DNA from: Gemmatimonadota bacterium
Lineage (GTDB): Bacteria; Gemmatimonadota; Gemmatimonadetes; Palauibacterales; Palauibacteraceae
Assembly (NCBI GenBank): GCA_035267645.1
Contig: DATFLN010000044.1
Coordinates: forward strand, 72,879-136,878
Direction: 5' to 3'
DNA: 64,000 nucleotides
Shown: piece after piece, positions 47,419-57,683 of the stretch
Position numbering within the stretch: position 1 is the stretch's first letter
Layout of the letters: each line of letters starts with the position of its first letter
Translations under genes and position numbers: made by a program
Notes under the pieces: generated by a model
What the model saw: only the letters and a program-made list of their open reading frames with translations
Databases searched by the model: none
What the model was told of the DNA's origin: nothing

Positions 47419-49773
47419 CTACCCTTCGACCCCGGCGTCCCGCAGCGCCTTCCACACCTTGTCCGACGTGATCGGCATGTCGATGTGGCGGACGCCGTAG
47501 GGCGAGAGCGCGTCGATCACGGCGTTCACGAACGCCGCCGGGGAGCCCACGTTGGGCGACTCTCCGACGCCCTTGGCCCCGATGGGGTGGTGCGGGGAGG
47601 GGGTCACGGTCCGGTCGGTGTCCCAGTGCGGTGCCTCCACGGCGGTCGGGATGAGGTACTCCATGAAGTTGCCGCCGGTGATGCTGCCGTTCTCGTCGTA
47701 GTCGATGAGCTGCATCTTGGAGATGGCGAAGCCCTCGGTGAGCCCGCCGTGGATCTGGCCCTCCACGACCATCGGATTGATGACCGTGCCGCAGTCGTCC
47801 ACCGCCACGAACTTCCGCACCTTCCAGTCCCCCGTGCCCGGATCGATGTCGACCACGCAGATGTAGGTGCCGAACGGATAGGTCATGTTGGGCGGGTCGT
47901 AGTAGTCGACCGCCTCCAGCCCGGCCTCGAGCCCCTCGGGGACGTTCGTGTACGCCGCGAAGGCGATGTCCTGCATCGTCTTCGAGCGGTCCGGGGCGCC
48001 CTTCACGCGGAACGCGTAGTCCTTCCACTCGAGGTCCGCCTCGTCGACCTCGAGGAGGTGGGCGGCGATCTTCTGTGCCTTCGCCCGGACCTTCCGCGCG
48101 GCCACCGCGGTGGCCGCGCCGGCCACGGGCGTCGAGCGGCTGGCGTAGGTCCCGAGCCCGTAGGGCGCGGTGTCCGTGTCGCCGTGCTCGACCGTGATGT
48201 CGCCCACCGGGATCCCCAGCTCCTCGGCCAGGATCTGGGCGAAGGTGGTCTCGTGGCCCTGTCCCTGGGTCTGGACCCCGATGCGCGCCAGGACCTTCCC
48301 GGTCGGGTGGACCCGGACCTCGCACGAGTCGAACATCTCGATCCCCGCGATGTCGCACTGCTTGCCGGGTCCGGCGCCCACGATCTCGGTGAAGCTCGAG
48401 ATCCCGACCCCCATGATCTCCCCGCGGGCCCGCTTCTCCTCCTGCTCCTTCAGGAGGTCGTCGTAGCCCACCATCTCGAGGGCCCGGTCCATGGCCCCGA
48501 CGTAGTTGCCGCTGTCGTACGTCCAGCCGAGCGGCGTGTCGTACGGGAACTTGCCCGGGTCGATGAAGTTCCGCTTCCGGAGCTCGGCCGGATCCAATCC
48601 CATCTCGTCGGCCAGCACGTCCACCGTGCGCTCGATGAGGTAGGAGGCCTCGGTCACGCGGAAGGAGCACCGGTAGGCGATCCCTCCCGGCGCCTTGTTC
48701 GTGTACGCGCCGTCCACCTCCACGAACGCGTTCTCCAGGTCGTAGGAGCCCGAGCAGATGTTGTAGAAGCCCGCCGGGAACTTGGAGGGCTGGGCGGCGG
48801 CGTTGAAGGCGCCGTGGTCGCCCAGCGTCTTCACGCGGAGCGCCCGGATCTTCCCGTCCTTCGTGGCCGCGAGCTCGGCGTGCATGTGGTAGTCGCGCGC
48901 GAACCCCGTGCTCTGGAGGTTGCCCGAGCGCTCCTCGGTCCACTTCACCGGCCGCCCGAGCTTGAGCGACGCCACCGCCGAGACCACGTAGCCCGGATAG
49001 ATCGGGACCTTGTTCCCGAAGCCTCCGCCCACGTCCGGCGAGATGATGCGGATCTTGTGCTCGGGCAGCCCGGCCACCAGAGCGAACAGCGTCCGGTGGG
49101 CGTGGGGCGCCTGGGAGGTCATGTAGATGGTCATCTTCTCGTTCACGGGGTCCCAGTCGGCCACGCAGGCGCAGCACTCGAGCGGCGCCGGGTGACAGCG
49201 CTGGTAGACCATGTCCTGGGAGACGACCACGTCGCACGCGTCGAAGATCGCGTCGGTGGCCTCGCGGTCGCCGGCCTCCCAGTGGAAGATGTGGTTCGAC
49301 TTCTCGTCCCGGTCCTCACGCAGCACCGGCGCGTCGTCCCCGAGCGCCGCGTGCGGGTCGACGACCACCGGCAGCTCCACGTAGTCGACCCGGACGGCCG
49401 CCGCCCCGTCCGCCGCGGCGGCGCGGCTCTCGGCGACCACGGCGGCCACCTCCTGGCCCTGGAAGAGGACCTTCCCGGTCGCGAGCACCATCTGCTGGTC
49501 GTGCGAGAGCGTGGGCATCCACGCCAGGCCCGCCTCCTCGAGGTCCGCCCCCGTGATCACCGCGAGGACGCCCTCCACCTCCATCGCCTTCGAGATGTCG
49601 ATGCTCCCGATGCGGGCGTGCGCGTAGGGAGAGCGCACGAGGGCCAGGTAGGTCATGCCCTTCAGCTTGATGTCGTCGACGTAGCGGCCCTTCCCCCGGA
49701 CGAAGCGCGCGTCCTCCTTCCGGCGGACGGAGTGGCCGAGTCCCCCGATGTCCTGCGCCGTCGCCTGGCTCAT
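47419..49773 (-). CDS. coxL: aerobic carbon monoxide dehydrogenase large subunit, form I (AYRCSFR signature)
   Basis: ATG 49773 ([24 protein letters not shown]) overlaps the coxS stop (ATGA). Active-site loop [10 protein letters not shown] at 48658..48678. M-S-L gene order. Confidence 0.92.
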   Translation of the reverse strand: MSQATAQDIGGLGHSVRRKEDARFVRGKGRYVDDIKLKGMTYLALVRSPYAHARIGSIDISKAMEVEGVLAVITGADLEEAGLAWMPTLSHDQQMVLATGKVLFQGQEVAAVVAESRAAAADGAAAVRVDYVELPVVVDPHAALGDDAPVLREDRDEKSNHIFHWEAGDREATDAIFDACDVVVSQDMVYQRCHPAPLECCACVADWDPVNEKMTIYMTSQAPHAHRTLFALVAGLPEHKIRIISPDVGGGFGNKVPIYPGYVVSAVASLKLGRPVKWTEERSGNLQSTGFARDYHMHAELAATKDGKIRALRVKTLGDHGAFNAAAQPSKFPAGFYNICSGSYDLENAFVEVDGAYTNKAPGGIAYRCSFRVTEASYLIERTVDVLADEMGLDPAELRKRNFIDPGKFPYDTPLGWTYDSGNYVGAMDRALEMVGYDDLLKEQEEKRARGEIMGVGISSFTEIVGAGPGKQCDIAGIEMFDSCEVRVHPTGKVLARIGVQTQGQGHETTFAQILAEELGIPVGDITVEHGDTDTAPYGLGTYASRSTPVAGAATAVAARKVRAKAQKIAAHLLEVDEADLEWKDYAFRVKGAPDRSKTMQDIAFAAYTNVPEGLEAGLEAVDYYDPPNMTYPFGTYICVVDIDPGTGDWKVRKFVAVDDCGTVINPMVVEGQIHGGLTEGFAISKMQLIDYDENGSITGGNFMEYLIPTAVEAPHWDTDRTVTPSPHHPIGAKGVGESPNVGSPAAFVNAVIDALSPYGVRHIDMPITSDKVWKALRDAGVEG

Positions 49774-50288
49774 GCCGCGCCTCCTCCCGCTTCCGCGCCG
49801 GCCGCGGCGCCCGTTCGGATCTGCTCCGCGGCGTGCCGGATGGACTTCACGATGTTCTGGTAGCCGGTGCACCGGCACAGGTTGCCGGAGATGGCCTTCC
49901 GGATGTCGGCCTCCGTGGGATCGGGGTTCCGGTCCAGGAGCGCCTTCCCGACCAGCATCATGCCCGGCGTGCAGAAGCCGCACTGGAGCCCGTGCTCCTC
50001 GTGGAAGCCCTGCTGGATCGGCTCGAGCCCGCCGCCGTCCACGCCCAGCCCCTCGACGGTCGTGAGGTCGTGGCCGTCGGCCTGGACGGCGAACATCGTG
50101 CACGACTTCATCGGAACGCCGTCCACGAGGACCGTGCAGGCGCCGCAGTTCGTCGTGTCGCAGCCGATGTGCGTCCCGGTCAGGTCGAGGTCGTCCCGGA
50201 GGAAGTGGACCAGGAGCGTCCTGGGCTCGACGCGGGCCTCGTGCTCGGCCCCGTTCACCGTCACCTTCACCGGCACCGTCTCCGCCAT
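49770..50288 (-). CDS. coxS: CO dehydrogenase [2Fe-2S] small subunit
   Basis: [12 protein letters not shown] and CGFCTPGM...CRCTGY cysteine clusters. Confidence 0.92.
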   Translation of the reverse strand: MAETVPVKVTVNGAEHEARVEPRTLLVHFLRDDLDLTGTHIGCDTTNCGACTVLVDGVPMKSCTMFAVQADGHDLTTVEGLGVDGGGLEPIQQGFHEEHGLQCGFCTPGMMLVGKALLDRNPDPTEADIRKAISGNLCRCTGYQNIVKSIRHAAEQIRTGAAAGAEAGGGAA

Positions 50289-50289
50289 C

Positions 50290-51162
50290 TCAGGCCTCCC
50301 CCCTCGCCCGGGCCGCCGCGCGCCGCAGGGCGCGCTCGGTCAGCACCCGGACCATGTCCCTCTTGTACTCGACCGAGCCGCGGTTGTCGGCCGTGGGATT
50401 CGACGCCCCGGCGGCCGCCTTGGCGGCCCCGGCGATCGCCTCCTCGTCCGGCTCCGCGCCCACCAGGGCCTCCTCCGCCTCGGCCGCGCGAAGATTCGTC
50501 GCGCCGACCGCCGTGAGCGCGATCCCGGCGCTCTCGCACGTTCCGTCTCCGGCCAGCTCCAGGCGGGCCGCCACGGCCACCGTGGCGAAGTCTCCCACCT
50601 TCCGCTCCAGCTTCTCGTAGGCGCCGCCCGAGCGCTCGCCGGCGGGCGGGAGGCGGATCCCCGTGACGATCTCGCCCGGCGAGAGGCTGGTCATGAAGGT
50701 CGTCACGAACAGGTCGTCCATCGCGACCGTCCGCTCGCCGTCCGGGCCGTGGACCTCGAGCTCGGCCCGGCACGCCAGCATCACCGAGCCCCAGTCCCCG
50801 GCCGGATCGGCGTGGACCAGGGAGCCCGCCACCGTGCCGCGGTTGCGGACGATTGGGTCCGCGATCACCGAGGCCGCGTCGTGGAGGAGCGGATAGCGGA
50901 CACGTACCGGGTCCGAGGCCTCCACGTCGGCGTGGCGGGTCATGGCCCCGATCCACAGCCCGCCCTCCTCCTCGACGATGCCGGCCAGTCCGTCCACGCG
51001 GCCCAGGTCCACGATCACGCCCGGCTCGGCCAGCCGGAAGCGCATCATCGGGATGAGGCTCTGGCCGCCGGCCAGGAGCTTGGCGTCCTCGTGGGAGGCC
51101 AGGAGGTCGAGGGCCTCCTCGAGGGAGGCGGGAGCGTGGTAGTCGAACGCCGCCGGAATCAT
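50290..51162 (-). CDS. coxM: CO dehydrogenase FAD-binding medium subunit
   Basis: ATG 51162 gives [21 protein letters not shown]...[35 protein letters not shown]. Confidence 0.9.
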   Translation of the reverse strand: MIPAAFDYHAPASLEEALDLLASHEDAKLLAGGQSLIPMMRFRLAEPGVIVDLGRVDGLAGIVEEEGGLWIGAMTRHADVEASDPVRVRYPLLHDAASVIADPIVRNRGTVAGSLVHADPAGDWGSVMLACRAELEVHGPDGERTVAMDDLFVTTFMTSLSPGEIVTGIRLPPAGERSGGAYEKLERKVGDFATVAVAARLELAGDGTCESAGIALTAVGATNLRAAEAEEALVGAEPDEEAIAGAAKAAAGASNPTADNRGSVEYKRDMVRVLTERALRRAAARARGEA

Positions 51163-51391
51163 CGCACGGCTCTCCCTTCCGTTCTCGTTGTGTGTGGGCA
51201 CTTCAACGTGGGGCCCCGCCCTCCGTCCGGTCAACCGGTCGGACCGTCGGGGCGTTCCCTGCCCGCGGTGCCGCGCGCCGCCGGCCCCGGCCGCCGCGAC
51301 CGGGCCGGATCCGGGGCCGGTTGACGTCGGGGGGGGCGCCGGCCGAGGTTTCTCGCGTCGCCCCCGAGACTCGGACCCGGAGACGCACCGC

Positions 51392-51853
51392 ATGGCCATC
51401 ACGATCCAGAAGACCTTCGACGTGGAGCAGCCGCCCGAAGATGTGTGGGCCTTCCTGGTCGACCCCGAGCGCGTGGTGGACTGCCTGCCGGGAGCGAAGC
51501 TCCTCGAGGAGGTCGACGAGCGGACCTACCGGGGCGAGATGGGGATGAAGCTGGGTCCCATCGGGGTGACCTTCACCGGCACCATCCGCTTCGACCGCCT
51601 GGACGAGGAGGCCCTCGAGGTCGAGATGTCCGGCGAGGGCAAGGACGAGAAGGGCTCGGGCAGCGTGAAGATGCACATGGAGAGCCGGCTCGAGCCCCTG
51701 GACGACGGCGGGACGCGGGTGAGCGTCGCACAGTCGATCAACCTCTCCGGCCGCCTGGCCTCCTTCGGCCGCGGCGGCATCGTGCAGAACGTGGCCGACT
51801 TCATGTTCGGCCGCTTCACGAGCTGCGTGACGAAGAAGCTGGCGGAGGGGTAG
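51392..51853 (+). CDS. coxG: SRPBCC-fold CoxG family protein
   Basis: MAITIQKTFDVEQPPEDVWAFLVDPERVVDCLPGAK is the typical CoxG N-terminus. Divergent from coxMSL. Confidence 0.8.
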   Translation: MAITIQKTFDVEQPPEDVWAFLVDPERVVDCLPGAKLLEEVDERTYRGEMGMKLGPIGVTFTGTIRFDRLDEEALEVEMSGEGKDEKGSGSVKMHMESRLEPLDDGGTRVSVAQSINLSGRLASFGRGGIVQNVADFMFGRFTSCVTKKLAEG

Positions 51854-51928
51854 GAGCGAGCCCCGAGCCCCGGGGGCGCCCCCCCGCGCCCGCGTCGGCC
51901 CACGGTCGGGCCTCGCGCCCGGCTCCCC

Positions 51929-52312
51929 TCACCTCCCCTTCATCTCGAACAGCTCCACGGGGTTCCCCGACGGATCCTCGACGATGACCTGGCGGGCGCC
52001 GATGCCGGTGATCACGTCGCTCCGGAAGGTGACGCCCGCGCCGCGCAGCGCCCCGACCCGGGCGTCCAGGTCCTCCACCTGGACCTGGATGCGGTTCCAC
52101 CCGCCCGGCTCCGGCCGTCGGCCGTCGGACATGGCCCGCGCCCCGCCCCCCGAGCCGCCGGGGTCGCTCAGCATGAGGCGGAAGCCGTCCCGCGACAGGA
52201 TCGCGAAGGAGGGGTCGGGGTGCATGACGACCGTGAAGCCCAGGCGCTCCGTGTAGAACGCGATGGCCGCGTCCACGTCGTCGACGATGTAGCGGACGCC
52301 GATCCCGGTCAT
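51929..52312 (-). CDS. VOC (glyoxalase/bleomycin-resistance/dioxygenase) family protein
   Basis: IVDDVDAAIAFYTERLGF... and ...VIVEDPSGNPVELFE are the paired beta-alpha-beta-beta-beta module motifs. Confidence 0.75.
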   Translation of the reverse strand: MTGIGVRYIVDDVDAAIAFYTERLGFTVVMHPDPSFAILSRDGFRLMLSDPGGSGGGARAMSDGRRPEPGGWNRIQVQVEDLDARVGALRGAGVTFRSDVITGIGARQVIVEDPSGNPVELFEMKGR

Positions 52313-52321
52313 CTCCGCTCC

Positions 52322-53302
52322 TCAGACCGCCTTCGCCGCCCGGATCTCCTCGGTGAGCTTCGGGAGCACCTCGAACAGGTCCCCGACGATGCCGTAGTCG
52401 GCCACGTCGAAGATGGGCGCCTCCGGGTCCCTGTTCACGGCCACGATGACCTTGGCCGTGCGCATGCCGGCCAGGTGCTGGATCGCCCCGCTGATCCCGA
52501 TGGCGAAATAGAGCTCGGGAGTGACCACCTTGCCCGTCTGTCCGACCTGCTCCTCGTGGGGGCGCCATCCGGCGTCCACCACCGCCCGGCTCGCGCCGAG
52601 CGCCACTCCGTCTCCGAGGGCATCCTTGAGGTCCTCGAGGAGGTGCCAGTTCTCCGGGTCGCCCATGCCGCGGCCGCCCGACACCACGATCCTGGCCTCG
52701 GCGACGTCGAGCTCGCCCTGCCCCCCGGACTCGACCGGATGGACCCGGGTCCGCGCCGGCTCGGCCGAGACGTCCAGAGGCTCGACCGCCCCGTCGCCCT
52801 CGCGCTCCTCGGGCAGGAAGACGTTGGGCCGGATCGAGATCAGCGCGGGAGCCCCCGAGAAGGCCAGCTTCGCCAGCGCCTTCCCGGCGTACTGGGGCCG
52901 GACGACCACGGGCCGGTCGTCCTCGACCGAGATCTCGGTGACATCGCTGGCGAGCGGCCGGTCCAGGCGGGCCGCCGCCCGAGGCGCCAGGTCCTTGCCG
53001 CGGGCCGAGGCGGCCAGGAGGATCGCGCGGTACTCGTTGGCGCCCTCCAGCTCCTCGATGGCCCGGAGGGCGGCGTCCGGCGCGTACGCTCCGAAGGCCT
53101 CGTCCTGCGCCACGAAGATCCGGTCGGCGCCGAACGCGGCGAGATGTCCGGCCTCTTCCCCGATCCCGGGCGGACCCAGGACCAGCGCATCCACGCCGCC
53201 GCCCAGCCGCCCGGCCAGCGACCGGGCGGCCGTCACCACCTCGCGCGACACGCCCCTCAGGGCGCCGCCTCTCGTCTCCGTGACCGCGAGCACGCCCCCC
53301 AT
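52322..53302 (-). CDS. etfA: electron transfer flavoprotein alpha subunit
   Basis: PELYFAIGISGAIQHLAGM FAD-binding signature. The start overlaps the etfB stop (TGATG). Confidence 0.92.
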   Translation of the reverse strand: MGGVLAVTETRGGALRGVSREVVTAARSLAGRLGGGVDALVLGPPGIGEEAGHLAAFGADRIFVAQDEAFGAYAPDAALRAIEELEGANEYRAILLAASARGKDLAPRAAARLDRPLASDVTEISVEDDRPVVVRPQYAGKALAKLAFSGAPALISIRPNVFLPEEREGDGAVEPLDVSAEPARTRVHPVESGGQGELDVAEARIVVSGGRGMGDPENWHLLEDLKDALGDGVALGASRAVVDAGWRPHEEQVGQTGKVVTPELYFAIGISGAIQHLAGMRTAKVIVAVNRDPEAPIFDVADYGIVGDLFEVLPKLTEEIRAAKAV

Positions 53303-54066
53303 CACAGCACCTTCGCTTCCTCCCGGAGCCTGCGCACGAGCTCGGGGACCGCGTCGGCCCCCTCGCCCACGATCTCGCCGGCCTCGGCCTCGGGAGGCTC
53401 GGAGAGCGACAGGAGCTCGATGTCGCTCCCGGACAGGTCCGCCTCCTTCTCCTCGAGCGGCTTCTTCTTGGCCGCCATGATGCCCTTGAGGCTGGCGTAG
53501 CGAGGCTCGTTGAGGCCCTTCTGGGCCGCCACCACTCCGGGCAGGTCGAACTCGACCGTCTCGTGCCCGCCCTCCACCTCGCGCACGGCCCTGACGTGGC
53601 CGCCCTCCACATCCAGCTCCACCACGACCGTGGCGCACGGGAGCCCCAGGATCTCGGCCACCATGGCCGGGACCTGCATGTTGTCGTCGTCGACCGCCTG
53701 CTTCCCGAACAGGAGGAGGTCGAAGTCGCGGCCCTCGATCTCGGCCGCCAGCGCCCGCGCGGTCGCGAGCCCATCGTGGGAGGGCTCGCCCTCGAGGAGG
53801 ACCGCGTCGTCCGCACCCATGGCGAGCGCGGTGCGCAGGGTCTCGGTCGCCGCCGGGGGACCCAGGCTGAGGGCGGTCACCGAGCCCTCGCCCGCCGCCT
53901 CCTTGAGACGGATGGCCTCCTCCAGCGCGAACTCGTCGTAGGGGTTGAGGACGTACTTGACGCCGGAGGGATCTATGGAGGCCCCGTCCGACCCGATCCG
54001 CACGCGCGTCTCCGTGTCGGGGACGCGCTTTATGCACACGATGGACTTCACGTTCGCGTCCTTCAT
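53302..54066 (-). CDS. etfB: electron transfer flavoprotein beta subunit
   Basis: IVCIKRVPDTETRVRI and NPYDEFALEEAIRLKE. ATG 54066, or possibly the GTG five codons downstream. Confidence 0.9.
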   Translation of the reverse strand: MKDANVKSIVCIKRVPDTETRVRIGSDGASIDPSGVKYVLNPYDEFALEEAIRLKEAAGEGSVTALSLGPPAATETLRTALAMGADDAVLLEGEPSHDGLATARALAAEIEGRDFDLLLFGKQAVDDDNMQVPAMVAEILGLPCATVVVELDVEGGHVRAVREVEGGHETVEFDLPGVVAAQKGLNEPRYASLKGIMAAKKKPLEEKEADLSGSDIELLSLSEPPEAEAGEIVGEGADAVPELVRRLREEAKVL

Positions 54067-54164
54067 GGTGATGGTGGATCCTGCCCGCCGGCGGCTCGGG
54101 TGCGATCCCGGGATCCGCGTGGCGCGACCGGCGTGGACGGCCGGCCGGGGCCGGCCGCGGCCCG

Positions 54165-54193
54165 AACGTAGGGAGTCTGCAAGAAGGCGTCCA
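54165..54193 (-). promoter_or_regulatory. candidate promoter TGGACG-N17-TACGTT upstream of etfB
   Basis: Read on the minus strand: cgcTGGACG-17nt-cccTACGTTcggg. It resembles the CCTACATTGGCGGG elements at 13488 and 38944. Confidence 0.25.
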
Positions 54194-54253
54194 GCGAAGG
54201 AGGGCGCGGTGCCGCGGCCGGGCCGACCCGCGCGGCGGCTCCGCCGGGGGCGC

Positions 54254-54808
54254 TCAGCGCTCCTGGATGCGCTCCACCTCGTCCGATGAGAGTCCGTACA
54301 GGCGGCAGGCGACCAGGTCGATGAGCTCGTCCGTGAGGGTCTCCTGGCGGCGGTGCTGGAGCCGCCCGGCCTGCGTCTCCGGACGCTCGGAGCGCAGGTC
54401 GACCAGGCGCGCCGCCAGCCACAGGAGGAAGTCGTGGGCCACGTCGCGGTGCTCCCGGTCCCGGTCGGGCTCCTGGTTCGGATTGCGGGGGAGGAGCGCG
54501 TCGATGAAAGCCAGGAGGCCGGGGAAGACCATCTCCGTGAGCTCGCCCTCGCCCACGGACTCCTCGCCCGTCTGCTCCTCCCAGCCGAGCTCGGTCCAGT
54601 ACAGGTCGCAGGCATCCTCGAACAGGTGGGTGCGCGAGGACGGCTTGGTGGGGCGAAGGACCACGTCCACCGGCGCCAGGTCCCGGTCCACCGACCGACG
54701 CAGGCCGCGCAGCCTCTCCTCGATGAGGGTCCGGGCCGCCACGGCCCGTTCTCCGCTCGGGAGGTGGTAGTCCCCTCCGGTGGGGGGGCTGGAGGCTTCC
54801 TCTGTCAC
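54254..54808 (-). CDS. acidic hypothetical protein
   Basis: 184-aa ORF with a normal, non-degenerate composition (W, F, Y, H present). No motif recognised. Confidence 0.5.
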   Translation of the reverse strand: MTEEASSPPTGGDYHLPSGERAVAARTLIEERLRGLRRSVDRDLAPVDVVLRPTKPSSRTHLFEDACDLYWTELGWEEQTGEESVGEGELTEMVFPGLLAFIDALLPRNPNQEPDRDREHRDVAHDFLLWLAARLVDLRSERPETQAGRLQHRRQETLTDELIDLVACRLYGLSSDEVERIQER

Positions 54809-55004
54809 GGTCGCTCGCCTGGTCGGAGGGAGGTCGCGCGCCGGACCGCGGGCTGCTCGGGTGGACCGGCCCGGGGCGGGACGGTGCCGTCGGCCCGGCG
54901 GCTCCCGGGGGCCGGCCTCTCGCCGGCAACGTGAAGATGCGATCGGTGCGGCGCCCGTACAAGAGTGGCGGCGGCCGAGGCTCGCGACTCTCGGGTCGCC
55001 GGCG

Positions 55005-55853
55005 TCAGGGCCGCTCCGCCGCCATCCGGCGCAGGAAGTCCAGGTTCCGGCGATCCGACGCCGCCGGGTCGTCTTCCTTGGGCGTCTCGAGCACGCGCGG
55101 CACGCGAGAGAGACGCTCGTCGCGCATGAGGCGTGCGAAGCCCCGCTCCCCGATCGCGCCCTCGCCCAGATGGGCGTGCCGGTCCACCCGGCTCCCGAGC
55201 TCGGCCCGCGAGTCGTTGACGTGGATGAGACCGAGCCGATCGAGGCCCACGGCCCGGTCGAACGCCTCGATCACCGCATCGTAGTCGTCGCTCAGGTCGT
55301 AGCCGGCGGCGAAGACGTGGGCCGTGTCCAGGCACACGCCCACCCGGTCGCGCTCCGGGGAAGGCACGGCGTCGAGGAGGGCCGCCAGCTCCTCGAACCG
55401 CCAGCCGAGCGCGGTGCCGGAGCCGGCCGTGGTCTCCACCAGCACCGTCGTCGCTCCCGGATTCTCGGCCAGGGCCTCCCCCAGCGCCCGTGCGTTCTGC
55501 CGCAGCGCCTCCTCCCGGTCCCCGCCCGTGGCGTTCCCGGGATGCGTGACCAGGTGGTCCAGCCCCAGCCGGACGCAGCGACCCAGCTCGGCCCCGAAGG
55601 CGGCCCGGGACTTCCGGACGAGGTCCTCCCGGTGCGAGGCCAGGTTGATGAGGTAGCTGTCGTGGGCGGCGGTCGCCTCGATCGGCGAGCCGGCCAGGGC
55701 CTCACGAAAGAGCCGGACGTCCTCGTCGTCCAGCTCGGGCTCGGCCCAGCGCTGCGGCTGGCCCGTGAAGATCTGGAGCGCGGTCGCGTCGATCTCGGCC
55801 GCACGCTCCACGGCCCTGTGGAGCCCGCCCGCGATCGAGACGTGCGCGCCCAT
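55005..55853 (-). CDS. nfo: deoxyribonuclease IV (endonuclease IV)
   Basis: ATG 55853 gives MGAHVSIAGG. AHDSYLINLAS, VLVETTAG, VCLDTAHVFAAGYD and HVNDS metal-ligand motifs. Confidence 0.9.
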   Translation of the reverse strand: MGAHVSIAGGLHRAVERAAEIDATALQIFTGQPQRWAEPELDDEDVRLFREALAGSPIEATAAHDSYLINLASHREDLVRKSRAAFGAELGRCVRLGLDHLVTHPGNATGGDREEALRQNARALGEALAENPGATTVLVETTAGSGTALGWRFEELAALLDAVPSPERDRVGVCLDTAHVFAAGYDLSDDYDAVIEAFDRAVGLDRLGLIHVNDSRAELGSRVDRHAHLGEGAIGERGFARLMRDERLSRVPRVLETPKEDDPAASDRRNLDFLRRMAAERP

Positions 55854-56162
55854 CGGGGGAAGGCTCCCGATCTCCGCGCGGACATCCGCGGGTGCCCCCT
55901 CGCTCCCCGCCCTCGCTTCCACTCCCGCCGCCTCCCCGTCCGATCCGGTCACGGATCCTCCGCCGTCTATCGCCGCCCCGCTCCCGCCGGTCCCGCCGCT
56001 GGACGCGGGATCCGGCGTCCGGGAAACTTGGGGAGCCCCGGGTCCCGTAGTAAGGGGTGCGCGGGGCCGCAGGGGTGGTCCGGCACCTGCAGGCGTGGGG
56101 GCCGGGAGAGGCCTCCACTCAACACGGGAGCGCGACGGAGTGTTCTTGGTAGCGCGGCGGGG

Positions 56163-56795
56163 ATGAGCGACGTGGGCGACCCGGCTCCGGCGGAGCGCGG
56201 ACCCGCGGGCGAGCGTCCCGCCTCCGGTGCACACTCCGACCGCGAGACCGAGCGTGCCGACGAACCGGGACTGGTCCGGAGGATCCAGGAGGGTGACGAG
56301 GCCGCGTTCGCGGTCCTGGTGGACAGGTACGTGGACCGCGCCCACGCCGTGGCCCTGGGGATCCTGGGGAACCGCCACGATGCCGAAGATGCGGTGCAGG
56401 ACGCCTTCATCCGGGCGCTCGGGCGGATCGATCACCTCTCGCCCGGGAGCCCGTTCGGACCCTGGTTCTACCGGGTCCTCCGGAGCACGGCGCTCAACCT
56501 CCGGAGGCACGAGGGTCTGCGAGCCCACGATCCCATACCGATCGGCGCGGCGGGATCCGCGGATCCGGAGAGCGAGACGCTGCACAGGCTGGACCGGGAG
56601 ACGCTCCTGGAGGCGCTGGCGCGACTCCCCGAGATGCAGAGGACGGCGGTGACGCTGTACGACCTGGAAGGCTACAGCCACAACGAGATCGCGGAGATCC
56701 TGGACATCGCGCCCGGGACGTCGCGCGCCCACGTGCACCACGGGCGAAAGACGCTCCGGGGGATCCTGGAGCGAGGGGAGGACGGGGAATCATGA
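56163..56795 (+). CDS. ECF-type RNA polymerase sigma-70 family factor
   Basis: ATG 56163. Region 2 (DAEDAVQDAFIRAL...PWFYRVLRSTALNLRR) and region 4 (QRTAVTLYDLEGYSHNEIAEILDIAPGTSRAHVHHGRKTLR). Confidence 0.9.
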   Translation: MSDVGDPAPAERGPAGERPASGAHSDRETERADEPGLVRRIQEGDEAAFAVLVDRYVDRAHAVALGILGNRHDAEDAVQDAFIRALGRIDHLSPGSPFGPWFYRVLRSTALNLRRHEGLRAHDPIPIGAAGSADPESETLHRLDRETLLEALARLPEMQRTAVTLYDLEGYSHNEIAEILDIAPGTSRAHVHHGRKTLRGILERGEDGES

Positions 56796-57175
56796 GCATC
56801 GACGACCGCCCACGGGACGACGGCTGGCCCGGCTGGCTCGCGACGCTGAGGCCCGACGAGGTCGCCCGCGCCCGGATGCGGCGCGCCATCCTCGTGGCGG
56901 CCGCACCCCTCCTGGCCGCGCGCCGCCCGGCCTCCTGGTGGGACGTGGCGGCCGGCTGGTCCGGGCTGGCCGCACCGATCGCCGCGGCGATCGCCCTCCT
57001 GTTCGCGTGGCTGGCCTACGACGCGAGCCCGCCCCGGCCCGGGCCCGAGACGTTCGAGATGGAGGCGCTCGTCCAGCCGTCGCTTCAGGCCGCGCCCCCG
57101 GCGCTCCTCCTGGACCAGAGCGAGCCGAGCCGGGACGGCGTGCTCGAAGCCACGCTGCGGCGCGAGGGGCCCTGA
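56792..57175 (+). CDS. putative anti-sigma factor / membrane protein
   Basis: ATGA overlap with the sigma gene. Two hydrophobic segments (AILVAAAPLLAA and LAAPIAAAIALLFAWLAY). Confidence 0.55.
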   Translation: MSIDDRPRDDGWPGWLATLRPDEVARARMRRAILVAAAPLLAARRPASWWDVAAGWSGLAAPIAAAIALLFAWLAYDASPPRPGPETFEMEALVQPSLQAAPPALLLDQSEPSRDGVLEATLRREGP

Positions 57176-57177
57176 CC

Positions 57178-57633
57178 GTGCTGGGGGGATCGCGCATCCG
57201 CGTCGGCATCGTGCTCGGGCTCACCTTCGCGGCCGGCCTGGCCGGCGGGGTGGCCCTCGACCGCCGGGTCCTCGACCGACCGCAGGCGTCCGGGCGGAGG
57301 TCCGACCGGGACCGGGGGCCCGTCATCGAGCGCTTCGCATCGGAGCTGGGCCTCACGCAGGACCAGCGGACCCGGATCGAGACGATCCTGGACCACTACC
57401 GGACGCACATGAAGGCCATCTGGCAGGACGTCCACCCTCGCTACAGCGCCATCGTGGACTCGGCCAAGACCGAGATCGAGGCCGTCCTGACCCCCGATCA
57501 GGTCGAGCAGTACCGTTCGCTCCTCCACCAGGAATACCGTGGCCGGGAGGACCGAGACGCCCGGGAGAGCTCGACCCCGCCCGTGCACCCGAAGACCGGC
57601 GGCTCGGCCACCGCGCGCGACTCGTCGCCCTGA
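57178..57633 (+). CDS. periplasmic LTxxQ-motif protein (CpxP/Spy-like)
   Basis: GTG 57178. N-terminal anchor/signal IRVGIVLGLTFAAGLAGGVAL. LTQDQRTRIETIL and LTPDQVEQYRSLL motifs. Confidence 0.6.
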   Translation: MLGGSRIRVGIVLGLTFAAGLAGGVALDRRVLDRPQASGRRSDRDRGPVIERFASELGLTQDQRTRIETILDHYRTHMKAIWQDVHPRYSAIVDSAKTEIEAVLTPDQVEQYRSLLHQEYRGREDRDARESSTPPVHPKTGGSATARDSSP

Positions 57634-57683
57634 CCGCTCGCAGACCGCTCACACTCGCACCGATAGGTCGAGAAGGAGACCCC

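Noticed and set aside
56023-56049. ECF-type autoregulatory promoter GAAAC-N18-CGTA upstream of the second sigma gene
   Set aside because: The spacer is 18 nt, longer than the usual 16-17. The match is short, and I found no second copy upstream of the first ECF sigma gene to support it.
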